Source: an uncultured delta proteobacterium (lineage in GTDB: Bacteria > Desulfobacterota > RBG-13-43-22). From it: 64,000 nt of DNA. The stretch is taken from positions 672,001-736,000 of the forward strand of contig CAWJJC010000028.1 of NCBI GenBank assembly GCA_963843145.1, written 5' to 3'. Position numbers and translations under genes: made by a program. Position 1 is the stretch's first letter. Every line of letters starts with the position of its first letter. The notes beneath the pieces were generated by a model that worked only from the letters and a program-made list of their open reading frames with translations, ran no database searches and was not told the DNA's origin. This document shows positions 29,374 through 39,528 of the stretch, one piece after another.

Positions 29374-31142
29374 AAGTCGGCCACAAGCTGATTCTGATCT
29401 ATTTAGTTTCCCTCTGTCTGGCCCTTTCGGCGGTCCTGATTACCGCCCAATCCATTATTTCTCAGCAAGTTCAACGGCGGCACCAAAAAAAATTAGACGC
29501 CCTGGCCCAAAGCGTTTTTTTTCGATTGGATAAAGAAAAGGACCAGATTCGGCTGCTGATCCGGGCCATCGCCCATCTGGGCCAAATGGGTTATTGGGTG
29601 GACCAGGCCGAAGTCAAGGAGATCAAGCGGTTGGTCTACCCGGTCTTTAAGGATTCCGCTCTGGATATACTGTACATCGTCAGCCATCAACGGGGCGTAT
29701 TGGTCCAGTTTCAATCGGACCGCTTCACGCGTCTGGGCCGGCAGGATATACCCTTGATCCGCAAAGCGATCCTGGGGGATTATCGGCTGCGGCTGAGTCG
29801 TTGGGAAGGGGGGATTTTTCTGACCGGAAGCGCCCCCATTTTTATTGAAGAAACCGGTATCGGTCAGGTCTACGCCGGGATCCTGTTGAACAGCGACTTT
29901 GTCAGGGAGTTGGCCAAAGATACCGATGCCTTCATGGCCATCATCAAAGAGGGCAACGTGATCGCCAGCACCTTTTCCCAAAAAGGTGGGGAATCGGAAG
30001 AACTGGAGTTTTCGGAGGAGTTGCTTCAGGATATCAAGGCCCTCAAAGGGCAAACGCTGCCGGTGGACGTGGAAGACAACTTATACACCCTGAAGTCTCT
30101 CCCCTTGCGGGACGAGGACGGAAACCTTTTGGGTCTCCTGGCGATCGGTCTATCCCGCAGTGAATTCAACCAGACCGCCAATTCGCTGACGCACAATATC
30201 CTGCTGATCGGGGCCGTGGCAGCCGGGTTCGGGGTCCTTTTAACCTTTCTCCTGACCCATGGTCTACGGAAACAGATCAATTATTTATCCCAGGGGACGG
30301 AACGGATCAGTACCGGGACCTTAACCGGGGATATACCCGTGATCAGCCATGACGAATTGGGAAACCTGGCCCAGTCCTTTAACCAGATGGTGGATACCCT
30401 GAAGGAACGGGACCGGGGTCTGGAAGAAGAAAAAGAGAAGATTTTGGGCAACGTGGATTTTTTGTCCATGATGGTCCACGATGTGAAAGCCCCGATTGCC
30501 GGCATTCGCTTGATGACGGATATCCTTTTGGAAGAAGAGCAGCCCGGGGAGATCAGACCTCGGCTCTTGGGAATGCGGGAAAGCATTGAAGAACTGCTGG
30601 CCCATCTGCAAAATGTCCTATCCATTTCTCAGATTGAAAAAGGTCCTTTTACCTTGATTAAGGAAGAGGTTTCATTGAATTCCACCACCGCTTTCATCCG
30701 TTCCCAATGTCAAATTATGGCCGAAAGCAAGGGGATTCATTGGTTGGAGGAATACGATTCCTCCCTGCCCGATATGCCGGCCGACGAGTTTTATCTGGAG
30801 CGACTCATCTATAATCTCTTGATCAATGCCCTGCATTGGGCCCCGCGGGGCGGCTGGGTCCGCATCCGGACCGGGCGGCTGGAGGCCTCGGGGACCGAGG
30901 GAGTTTATTTAGAGGTCAGCGATAACGGCCCCGGGGTTTCCCCGGAGCAGAAGCCGCAACTATTCCAAAAATACAACTTCCAGCGCGGCAAAGGGGACAG
31001 TGCGGCGGCCCATTCCGGATTGGGATTGTATATCGCTCAATTGATTGCCAAGGCGCACCAGGGGTGGATCGAAGAGCAGGGCCGGGCGGGAGAGGGCGCC
31101 CGCTTTATTTTTTCCTTCCCCTTCCAGCCCCGGGGGGAATAG
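29364..31142 (+). CDS. Membrane sensor histidine kinase (Cache-like, HAMP)
   Basis: Two TM segments, DELGNLAQSFNQM, HDVKAP, DNGPG, GLGL. Confidence 0.92.
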   Translation: MRLKVGHKLILIYLVSLCLALSAVLITAQSIISQQVQRRHQKKLDALAQSVFFRLDKEKDQIRLLIRAIAHLGQMGYWVDQAEVKEIKRLVYPVFKDSALDILYIVSHQRGVLVQFQSDRFTRLGRQDIPLIRKAILGDYRLRLSRWEGGIFLTGSAPIFIEETGIGQVYAGILLNSDFVRELAKDTDAFMAIIKEGNVIASTFSQKGGESEELEFSEELLQDIKALKGQTLPVDVEDNLYTLKSLPLRDEDGNLLGLLAIGLSRSEFNQTANSLTHNILLIGAVAAGFGVLLTFLLTHGLRKQINYLSQGTERISTGTLTGDIPVISHDELGNLAQSFNQMVDTLKERDRGLEEEKEKILGNVDFLSMMVHDVKAPIAGIRLMTDILLEEEQPGEIRPRLLGMRESIEELLAHLQNVLSISQIEKGPFTLIKEEVSLNSTTAFIRSQCQIMAESKGIHWLEEYDSSLPDMPADEFYLERLIYNLLINALHWAPRGGWVRIRTGRLEASGTEGVYLEVSDNGPGVSPEQKPQLFQKYNFQRGKGDSAAAHSGLGLYIAQLIAKAHQGWIEEQGRAGEGARFIFSFPFQPRGE

Positions 31143-31145
31143 ACG

Positions 31146-32495
31146 ATGGCCAGCATTCTGGTAGTGGATGATGATCTGAATACCTGTCAGGCCCTACAGT
31201 TGATGTTGGGCAAGGAGGGCCATGATCTCCTGGAAACCCATACCGGCAAGGAGGCCCTGGAAAGGATTCGGGGCGAAGCGGTGGATCTGGCCATCATCGA
31301 TTATAAGATGCCGGGAATGAACGGGCTGGAATTTTTTCAGGCCCTGAAGGCCCTCCGCCCGGAAGTCGTCGGGCTGATGATCTCCGCTCATGCCACGGTG
31401 GACCTGGCGGTCAGTGCCATCAAGGGCGGGGTTTTTGATTTTATCACCAAACCGTTTCGGATGGGGGATATCAAAAAGGCCATCGCCCGGGCCCTGGAGG
31501 CCCAGGCCTTGGTGATGGAAAACCGGCGCTTGCGTCAGGCCCTGAAAGAAAAGGCTTCTTTCTCCAGCATTGTCGGCAAAAGTCCGGCTTTTGTGCGGGT
31601 TATGGATCTAGTGGCCAAGATCGCACCGACCCGCAGTACCGTGCTGCTCACCGGAGAGAGCGGGACCGGGAAGGAGATTATCGCTGAGGCCCTTCATTTT
31701 GCAAGCACTCGGGAAGACCAGCCCCTGGTTAAGGTCAATTGCGGAGCACTTAATGAGAGTCTCTTGGAGTCCGAATTGTTTGGGCATGAAAAAGGGGCTT
31801 TCACCGGGGCCTTTCAACAACGCCTCGGCCGCTTTGAGTCGGCGGATAGAGGGACCATTTTTTTGGATGAAATCGGGGAAATGAGCCCGGGGATGCAGGT
31901 AAAAATGCTGCGGGTTCTCCAGGACGGGTTTCTGGAAAGGGTGGGCAGCAGCCGATCGATTGGAGTCGATGTACGGATCCTGGCCGCCACCAACCGGAAC
32001 CTGGAAGAGGAGGTCGAGGCCGGGCGGTTTCGGCGGGACCTTTTCTATCGTTTGAACGTAATTTCTATCGAAATTCCTCCGCTCCGCGAGCGGTTGGAAG
32101 ATATCCCGCTGCTAGCAAATTATTTTTTGAATAAATACGGAGAGTTGAACAATAAAAAAGTCCAAGGGTTTTCTCTTGAGGTCCATCGGGTGTTGAGCGG
32201 CTATCACTGGCCCGGCAACGTGCGGGAATTGGAGAATGTCATTGAACGGGCGGTATCGCTGTGTCAGACCGCGACCATTGAGCCCGCCGATCTCCCCCCC
32301 CGAATTATTTCCAGCCTGCCCGAGGCCGTGGAACAGGTCACCATTCCCATCGGATCTTCCTTGGAAGAGGCGGAACAGTTGGTTATCGAAAAGACCCTGA
32401 TAAAAAACAAGGGCGACAAGAAGTTGACGGCCCGAATGCTGGGGATCAGCTTGTCCAGCCTCTATACTAAGATTGGTCGAAATGCCCCGGTCTAG
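31146..32495 (+). CDS. sigma54-dependent response regulator (NtrC family)
   Basis: REC domain, GESGTGKE, GAFTGA, WPGNVRELEN, Fis-type HTH. Confidence 0.95.
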   Translation: MASILVVDDDLNTCQALQLMLGKEGHDLLETHTGKEALERIRGEAVDLAIIDYKMPGMNGLEFFQALKALRPEVVGLMISAHATVDLAVSAIKGGVFDFITKPFRMGDIKKAIARALEAQALVMENRRLRQALKEKASFSSIVGKSPAFVRVMDLVAKIAPTRSTVLLTGESGTGKEIIAEALHFASTREDQPLVKVNCGALNESLLESELFGHEKGAFTGAFQQRLGRFESADRGTIFLDEIGEMSPGMQVKMLRVLQDGFLERVGSSRSIGVDVRILAATNRNLEEEVEAGRFRRDLFYRLNVISIEIPPLRERLEDIPLLANYFLNKYGELNNKKVQGFSLEVHRVLSGYHWPGNVRELENVIERAVSLCQTATIEPADLPPRIISSLPEAVEQVTIPIGSSLEEAEQLVIEKTLIKNKGDKKLTARMLGISLSSLYTKIGRNAPV

Positions 32496-35400
32496 CCCGC
32501 AAAAATACCGTCCGGGCTCCTCCCGGTCAGGGAATCGAGCGATCGCCGGCCGGCTGTCGGACGGTCATCGTCTTTGTTTCCGGGATCTTTGGAACCACTA
32601 CCGGCCCTGGCTGATCGGGTTGGCCTTCAGCGGGGCCGTACTCCTTTATCCCCTGGGGAATACGGAGGCCCAGGGTCCTTCCACCAAGGCCCCCGGCTTC
32701 CGAGAGGTCCCGCCCGTTGAAACCAAGGTCAGACAGCTTCCGGGAGATGGATCGTATTCCGTGCCTTTATGGAAACAACACTGGGAGCGCGGTCGAAAAT
32801 TTGTATTTCAAAAGGAATACGGGCCGGCGGTTACCGCTTATAAACAAGCATTAGCGCTTAAGCCGAATTTGGACGAGGCCCGATTGGAGTTGGTTCGGTT
32901 GCTCGAAACCCTGCAGCGCTACGAAGAAGCGTCCCGGGAACTGGAACTCTTCGTCGAACACCAACCCAATCACCTCAAAGTGCAGCAGGAACTGGGAGAT
33001 CTTTTTTTGCTGCGGAAGGAATATCGTCGGGCGGCGGAATGGTATCAGCGGGTTCTGCTGAAGGATCCGGAAAACCTGAAGGTCCGTTTGTCGTTGGCCG
33101 GTGCTTTCTTTCAGATCGGAGAAATGGAGAAAGCCCTCTTGGAGTGGCGCCAGGTTCTCATCCGGGACCCGCAGAACCTGGAGGCGCGGATGAATTTGGC
33201 GGAGGGGTTGCGGGTTACCCGCCGGCTGGATGAAGCGATATCGATCTTCGAGGGCCTGGTCAAGTCGGTTCCCAAACAACCGGGTTTAAAAAAGAAATTA
33301 GCCCAGGCCCTGGTGGCGGCCCAACGAAATAAGGAAGCCCTTCCTTATCTGCAGGAAATTAACCGGTCCGACCCTAACGATCTGGAAGTCCAATTGTTAT
33401 TGGCCCGGGTTTTAGCGGCCGGAAAGAATTATGACCAATCGTTACCCTACCTGGAAACGTATTTGAAGAAAAAACCGGAAAACACGGCGGCCCTGCTGGA
33501 AAAAGCCCGAGTTCTATTAAACCAGGGACAAGTCAATCAGGCCCTGGATATCTTTCGACAGGTCAGGAAACTATCTCCCGATGACGTCAAAATCCAGCAA
33601 GAGATCGCCGAAGCCTATTTCGCGGCCGGCAAATATCCCGAGGCTCTGGAGGAGTTTCAGGCCCTAGGACGCCGGTTACCGGAAGATTATCAGGTCCAGG
33701 AAAAATTGGGCTATCTTTTTTTGCAGACGAAGCGCTATCCTCAGGCCGTTGCGGCTTATGAGGCCGTTCTGGCCCTGGAGCCGAATTATGTTTACGCCCA
33801 ACTGGGTCTGGCTCGGGCCTACAATCTTTCCGGCCAAAAAGAAAAGGCCGTTCCTTATTATCAACGCCTGTTGAAAAACAGGGAAAATCCGGAAATCAAA
33901 ATGGAACTGGCCTCCTTATTGATCGAAATGCAGCATTTTAAAGAGGCTTTTGAGATTTATGAGGGACTCCTCCGTGAAAATCCCAGCCTCTGGGAGGTCC
34001 GTTATCGCTGGGCGACGGCCCTCTATCGTTTGAAGGAGTTTCGACAGGCGAACGGCCAGTTGGAAAAATTGATTCAGGATCAACCGAATCACTCCGGCGT
34101 CTGGAGCTTGTACGGCGATAACGCCCTCGAGTGGGGAAACTATCGGGAAGCCCGGCGGGCGTTTCAGAAGGTATTATTGCTGGGTGAGGATGTGGGAAAC
34201 GTTTTGATCCGCCTGGGGGAAGTTTTCCGGCTGCAGGGACAGCCTTTTAAGGGGGCCAATTATTTGGATTGGGCCCTGACGCTGAAACCGGATGATCAGG
34301 AAATCCTAGTCCAAAAGGCTTTGGCCTTTATTGACGGCGGCAATTATGCTCAGGCTCAAAATCTGATTCGGCCCTTGTTGCTCAAAAATCCACGCTCGCT
34401 GTCCCTGAATCGGGTACAGGGGCGCTGGCTGATGGCCTTGGAGCGTAATGAGGAGTTTGAGCATCTTTCCCGTCATCTGGAGCAATCCTTTCCGGCGGAG
34501 CAGGCCCTTATTTTTCAAGACCGGGCCGATTACTTCGAGAGAAAAAAACAGGTGGGGCCGGCCCTGACCGCGCTGCGGGCCGCCCGGCTCCTAAAGCCCG
34601 ACGATCTGCAGATTCTTCGCCACCTGGGGCGTCTTTTGATCGAAAATCGGCGGTGGGCCGAAGCCGAAGGGTTTTATCAAGGCCTGATCACTGAAAAAAT
34701 CCTCTTGGCGGAAGCCCATCTCCGGCTGGCCTGGATTAAAAGGCATCAGGGAAAACCGGTTCAGGCCATTGAGCACTTATGGAGGGCGCTGGCCCAGGAT
34801 CCTGACTCGATCGAAGCCCGTTTTGGGTTGTGGCGCCTCCAGATTCGGAAGGAGGGGGGGGATGGTGCTTCCAAGATTGAAGAAAACCTTTGGGAATTTG
34901 CCAGGTCCCGAGAAAGGGGATTGCTGGAACTAGCCCAGCAGTTGGCGTCGGCGGAACAATGGGAGCCGGCCTTAGCCGCCTTTCGTGAAATCATCGAAAA
35001 AGGGGAGAAGGATGAAGTTATCCTGGCGGCCCTGAAGACGGCCGATTACCGGCTTTCCAGAGAAGAATATGAAACCGCCCAGGTCTTTCTGGATGCGGTT
35101 CAAAAAAGGTTTCCCCGAAATCAAAAAATTACCCGCAAGTTGATCCAGGCCGACAGCTTAAATAAATCGTTCGGCGAGGCCATTCAGGCGATTGATGGGT
35201 TATTGAGAACAGAGGATCCCCTGGACCCGGTGTTACATATTAGAAAAGCACGCCTTTTGGAAAAATGGAACAAACACAGCGCTTCCCAACGGACCTATGC
35301 CTTTTTACTTACCCCCCCGGTGGATCAACTTTTAAGGAAAAAAATCCACCAAGAGCAATGGCCGGAAGTCATTTCCGGGGCCGAATCGTTAAAGGCTTTA

Positions 35401-35694
35401 TTGGCAGAACCTCCTACCCAAACCATCTATCGATTTTACGAGGAATGGGTAAAAGGCCTGGAAACGGCAAACCTGGATTCCGGCCTGCTATCTCGAATCC
35501 GTGAATTTGTCGATGGCCTCCAAGCCAGGGCGTTGATCCAAAAAAAGGTTTTTTTGGAAATGGAAGGGAAAGACCGATTGCATCGGGGTCAATATCTGTC
35601 GGCCAGGGATATTCTGGGAACCCTCAAATTAATAGACCCGGAAAACGAAGAAGTGGACAGCGATCTGGATCGGAGTTACCGCCTTCAACCTTGA
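32473..35694 (+). CDS. Large TPR-repeat protein
   Basis: Many tandem TPR-like repeats over ~1000 aa; start uncertain. Confidence 0.85.
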   Translation: MVEMPRSSPQKYRPGSSRSGNRAIAGRLSDGHRLCFRDLWNHYRPWLIGLAFSGAVLLYPLGNTEAQGPSTKAPGFREVPPVETKVRQLPGDGSYSVPLWKQHWERGRKFVFQKEYGPAVTAYKQALALKPNLDEARLELVRLLETLQRYEEASRELELFVEHQPNHLKVQQELGDLFLLRKEYRRAAEWYQRVLLKDPENLKVRLSLAGAFFQIGEMEKALLEWRQVLIRDPQNLEARMNLAEGLRVTRRLDEAISIFEGLVKSVPKQPGLKKKLAQALVAAQRNKEALPYLQEINRSDPNDLEVQLLLARVLAAGKNYDQSLPYLETYLKKKPENTAALLEKARVLLNQGQVNQALDIFRQVRKLSPDDVKIQQEIAEAYFAAGKYPEALEEFQALGRRLPEDYQVQEKLGYLFLQTKRYPQAVAAYEAVLALEPNYVYAQLGLARAYNLSGQKEKAVPYYQRLLKNRENPEIKMELASLLIEMQHFKEAFEIYEGLLRENPSLWEVRYRWATALYRLKEFRQANGQLEKLIQDQPNHSGVWSLYGDNALEWGNYREARRAFQKVLLLGEDVGNVLIRLGEVFRLQGQPFKGANYLDWALTLKPDDQEILVQKALAFIDGGNYAQAQNLIRPLLLKNPRSLSLNRVQGRWLMALERNEEFEHLSRHLEQSFPAEQALIFQDRADYFERKKQVGPALTALRAARLLKPDDLQILRHLGRLLIENRRWAEAEGFYQGLITEKILLAEAHLRLAWIKRHQGKPVQAIEHLWRALAQDPDSIEARFGLWRLQIRKEGGDGASKIEENLWEFARSRERGLLELAQQLASAEQWEPALAAFREIIEKGEKDEVILAALKTADYRLSREEYETAQVFLDAVQKRFPRNQKITRKLIQADSLNKSFGEAIQAIDGLLRTEDPLDPVLHIRKARLLEKWNKHSASQRTYAFLLTPPVDQLLRKKIHQEQWPEVISGAESLKALLAEPPTQTIYRFYEEWVKGLETANLDSGLLSRIREFVDGLQARALIQKKVFLEMEGKDRLHRGQYLSARDILGTLKLIDPENEEVDSDLDRSYRLQP

Positions 35695-35774
35695 TCGCTT
35701 TTCTTATAGCTTGACAATCGGAAGGTTCTTGTTCTAATTTATTGGTCAAATCAGCAATAATTTAATGTGGTATT

Positions 35775-36173
35775 ATGGCCTATCTGGATTATCAGTCCTT
35801 GTTTACTGCGGAAGTTCTGCAGAAATTGTTGCCCCTCCAACGAGCGGATCAATTTTTTCAAGCCCTCTATGGGGGGCTGGAAGAAGGGGCCTACGATATT
35901 CGCCTGGTTTTTAAACGCCATGATCCCGGCCTCAATTCTCTGGAGTTCGAATTGGAACTCCAGGAGCGCCCCGGTAAGTGTCTGGCCTGCAATCTGACTT
36001 ACGGACTTCCCCAGGTATTTTCCCGCCATCCGGTACTCGATTTAAAGGGAGTGACCCGGGAGATAGAAAAAGTTCTCCAGGGAAAGGCTCGCTGTCGGAA
36101 CTGGTCGCTGGGCAAGACAAATCCGCGGACCCAAACGCTGCACGTCATCCCCTTTATTCTCACCTTAGAATAA
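35775..36173 (+). CDS. Hypothetical protein with CxxC motif
   Basis: RPGKCLACNLTYGLP; TTGACA upstream at 35711. Confidence 0.75.
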   Translation: MAYLDYQSLFTAEVLQKLLPLQRADQFFQALYGGLEEGAYDIRLVFKRHDPGLNSLEFELELQERPGKCLACNLTYGLPQVFSRHPVLDLKGVTREIEKVLQGKARCRNWSLGKTNPRTQTLHVIPFILTLE

Positions 36174-36294
36174 CAATTTTTTTTCCGGTCGGCCAATTTT
36201 TGTTAGGCGGCGGGTCTCCCCAGACCAGCTTGTTCTTTTCATCTTTATAACCTATTGAAATTAAAGTATTAAATAATTACCTCTTTGGGCGCCT

Positions 36295-36311
36295 TTGGTA
36301 TTGTTCTTGCT
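36295..36311 (+). promoter_or_regulatory. sigma54 (-24/-12) promoter
   Basis: TTGGTATTGTTCTTGCT: GG 36297-98 and GC 36309-10 at canonical spacing; AT-rich tract upstream. Confidence 0.7.
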
Positions 36312-36418
36312 GTATGTCCTAGAGAACACCTCAGGATTCTTGCAGGGCAGGAAAAATTATTTAAACCAGCAGGTTTATTTTTTTAAATTCATGCCGATAG
36401 AGGGGGATAGGAACTATA

Positions 36419-36961
36419 ATGATGGGTCAGGAGAATACCTTGGGATCCAGAAACACGGCAAGTTCGGAAAAAATAAGTATCGTCAGGAGAAGGCTGCAAA
36501 ATAATGATCCCGATGTCGGCTGGGGTAAAGGACTTCAAATCAAACTGGAAGATCGGACAGGAGTTAAGGAAATGGCTCTTAATCTCGATATAGCGCCGGG
36601 GGATTCCAAATTCATTCCGCTGGAAAACTTGGGGCAGGAACCCTTAAAGGTGCTGCAGGGTATCGCCGTGGAACGCCCGGTGATTGAAAACGGTAAGATC
36701 GTCTTTAATTTCCGGCTGAAAACCGACGATACCCTGAAAATGCTGACCATGACCCAGGTTGGGCAAATGCTGCAAATCAGCAAGAGTTTCTTGGTTCGAT
36801 TGGTGAAAGCCAAAAAAATAAGAAGCTACAAGTTTGGCCGCCTACGGCGATTTCTGCTAACCGACGTGATCGACTATTTGAGTTTCAGCCAAGATCAGGA
36901 CCTTTCGTCAAAAAAAATCAAACTCAACGGCAAGGGATATATTTCCAGGCTTGACCACTAA
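36419..36961 (+). CDS. Protein with C-terminal excisionase-like HTH
   Basis: MLTMTQVGQMLQISKSFLVRLVK..KI.SYKFGRLRRF. Confidence 0.75.
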   Translation: MMGQENTLGSRNTASSEKISIVRRRLQNNDPDVGWGKGLQIKLEDRTGVKEMALNLDIAPGDSKFIPLENLGQEPLKVLQGIAVERPVIENGKIVFNFRLKTDDTLKMLTMTQVGQMLQISKSFLVRLVKAKKIRSYKFGRLRRFLLTDVIDYLSFSQDQDLSSKKIKLNGKGYISRLDH

Positions 36962-36985
36962 AGCCCGGCCAAAAGGAGGAGCATT

Positions 36986-38386
36986 ATGTATTATGAATAT
37001 TGGGGCCTCAATAAACCACCCTTTGATAATGTCCCGGACCCTTCCATGTATGTGGATTGCCACCCGTCCATGGAAAGCGCACTGGCCGAATCCTTATTCG
37101 CCATTGAGGAGGGGAATGAGTGCCTGGCGGTGATTATCGGAGATGTGGGCTTGGGCAAGACCTTGTCGCTGCGAATGATCATCGACGCGCTGGATCAGGA
37201 GAAATATAAGATCGTTTTGGTTACCAACCCCAGCATCTCTTTCACCCAACTCATGCAGGAGTTGATCGGCCAGTTGACCGGGAGCCAATGTCTGGAAAAA
37301 AGAAAAGCCGTGCTCTTGGAGCGGTTCAACAAGATTATCTTTGAAACTATGGATGAGGGTAAAAAGGTGGTCTTGCTCATCGATGAAGCCAACGCCATGC
37401 CCTCCGCCAGTCTGGAGAATCTACGTCTCCTGACCAATATGCAGGACGATCAACGGAATCTGTTCACCATGGTTCTGGCCGGTCAGATGGAACTGGCCCG
37501 CCGATTGGAACACCCCAAAAGGCTTAATCTTTTCCAGCGGATTGGAACGTACAGCCATATCGAAAAGATTCAGACCGAAGAATTGGTCAAGGCCTACGTG
37601 GAGAAGCGGATAGCCCTGGCCGGTGGAACCCGGCCGGTCTTTTCAGAAGACGCCTTTCCTTTTATCTGGGAGCATTCCGCTCATGGTGTACCTCGGTTGA
37701 TCAATAAGATGTGCAAGCTGAGTATCAAGGCGGGGGAGACCAACGGCTTTGATCGTATCTCCGGGGAACTGATTCATCAAATCGGACAGCGGTTTGTCAG
37801 CATGACCGCTCCGGTGGCCCCGAAAAGAAAATCCAGAAAAAAAGCAGAGGAAAAAAAGACCGCCCCGAAGGAAAAGGCCGACCTCCGGTCTGCCGAGCCT
37901 GAATTGCTGAGCGGGGTGCCGGAGTTGGAGCAGGTGGCCGTCCCTCTAATGATTGGAACCACTGAGCCGGAGCAGGCTGCCGTTCCTCTGACGTTTGAAA
38001 CCAGTGAGCCGAAGCTAGAAGTAAAGAGCGCTCCGCCTCTGGAACTGATGACAGAACCCGCAGAAGCGGAGGTTGCTCACCCGGCGCCGGAATCTGAACC
38101 GAAACTGGAAGCGGAACCCGTCATCCCGGTCGAACCCCTTCCGGAAGAACTGGAAATCGGGGAGGTCAAAATCAGCCTGAACATCCATCCCGATTTACTC
38201 GCCGAAGCCAAGACGGGGACGGAGGAATTCCGGGTGAAGCTGGCGGGGGTACTGGCCGCCCAGGCGCTTAAAAAATATCCTGAATTAACCGCCTCTCCCG
38301 CGGTGGACCCGGTGAATATTTGGAGCGAAATCCGGGGGCATGTGCTGAAAAAGTTTGACCATCTCCATCAGCAGATCGCAGCTTAG
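36986..38386 (+). CDS. ExeA-like AAA ATPase with Pro/Glu-rich linker
   Basis: MYYEYWGL..PF, GDVGLGKT, LIDEA, LRLLTN, GVPRLIN. Confidence 0.88.
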   Translation: MYYEYWGLNKPPFDNVPDPSMYVDCHPSMESALAESLFAIEEGNECLAVIIGDVGLGKTLSLRMIIDALDQEKYKIVLVTNPSISFTQLMQELIGQLTGSQCLEKRKAVLLERFNKIIFETMDEGKKVVLLIDEANAMPSASLENLRLLTNMQDDQRNLFTMVLAGQMELARRLEHPKRLNLFQRIGTYSHIEKIQTEELVKAYVEKRIALAGGTRPVFSEDAFPFIWEHSAHGVPRLINKMCKLSIKAGETNGFDRISGELIHQIGQRFVSMTAPVAPKRKSRKKAEEKKTAPKEKADLRSAEPELLSGVPELEQVAVPLMIGTTEPEQAAVPLTFETSEPKLEVKSAPPLELMTEPAEAEVAHPAPESEPKLEAEPVIPVEPLPEELEIGEVKISLNIHPDLLAEAKTGTEEFRVKLAGVLAAQALKKYPELTASPAVDPVNIWSEIRGHVLKKFDHLHQQIAA

Positions 38387-38415
38387 AAGGAGGCTCTCCG
38401 TAAGACCGGAACTCC

Positions 38416-39099
38416 ATGGACCAAAACATTCTGGCTCAAGAATGGTTTAAAAAGGGTTGCCATTGCGATCGGGATCCTGAAAATGCCCGCCAGGCCGTGG
38501 CGGCCTTTGAACAATGTTTGCGTTTGGACAGCCGCTTCGTCCCGGCCTATGTGAACCTGGGATTCATTCACCTCGAACAGGAGGATTTTGAGGCGGCCCG
38601 GGATTGCTTTCAAAAAGTCGTTCAACTGAAACCGAACGAACCCGAAGGCTATAACAATCTGGGTTTTGTCTATGAAAAAATGTCTCTGCTGAACAGTGCC
38701 AAACAGATGTACGAACAAGCGTTGCAGTTAGAAGCCGGAAATACTGAAGCCCTGATTAATCTGGCCCAGGTCCTGGAAAAGGAAGGGGATTATCATCAGG
38801 CCGTCGCCTATTATCAACAGGCCATTCGACTCCATCCCCAGGCGGTGGCCCCTCATTTCTGTCTGGCCACCCTCTATGACCGGCACGATATGTTTGATGA
38901 AGCCGAGAAAGAATACCAGGAGGTCTTGAAGGGCGATCCTTTGCATATTAAAGGCTTGTACAACCTGGGAAATCTGTATATCCAACTCGGTCAAGGTGGA
39001 AAGGCCATCGAACTCTTTCAGCGTTTGCTGCGATTGGAATCGCTGGGCTACGAGGAAGTCGATCGATTCAGCGCCCGACATTATGAACCCGTGCGATAG
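38416..39099 (+). CDS. TPR protein
   Basis: AYVNLG, GYNNLG, ALINLA, LYNLG repeats. Confidence 0.85.
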   Translation: MDQNILAQEWFKKGCHCDRDPENARQAVAAFEQCLRLDSRFVPAYVNLGFIHLEQEDFEAARDCFQKVVQLKPNEPEGYNNLGFVYEKMSLLNSAKQMYEQALQLEAGNTEALINLAQVLEKEGDYHQAVAYYQQAIRLHPQAVAPHFCLATLYDRHDMFDEAEKEYQEVLKGDPLHIKGLYNLGNLYIQLGQGGKAIELFQRLLRLESLGYEEVDRFSARHYEPVR

Positions 39100-39528
39100 G
39101 ATTCGGACGGCCGAAGCTTGAAACCGGGTCAGCCGGATCAGCCTGGGCGGTATGGCTCGACTCACTCGTTAACACTATTAAATTGACCTTTTAGACCCGC
39201 TGCAGTTTTCTCCCTATCCCCTAGAAACGGAATATCTTTAAGCGCTTCGAATCAATTCAATCCGGGCATGGGGACCGCTTTTTCTTTCCCGGAATTCATC
39301 TTTCCTTTAAAGATTTCGGCAAAATCCTTTTTAATCGGCGGAGGGGCGGTTCGAATGCCGGGTTTATCCTGAGGGGTTGGAACGGCTCCGGCCGTGGAAG
39401 TGGCCGGTTGGAGAAGCAACGGCAGGCAGAGGGGCATCCCCATCCCCAATGGCGATAGACACCCGAAGGCAATACCTGCTATAATTTACTCTCCTTGGGA
39501 ATTAACACGGTACTTTAGGAGAATACCC

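Noticed and set aside
37900-38130. Short peptide repeats (EQxAVPL, EPKLE) in the ExeA-like protein
   Set aside because: Ordinary low-complexity linker duplication.
39252-39449. Small minus-strand ORF between the TPR and molybdoenzyme genes
   Set aside because: No RBS or motif support.
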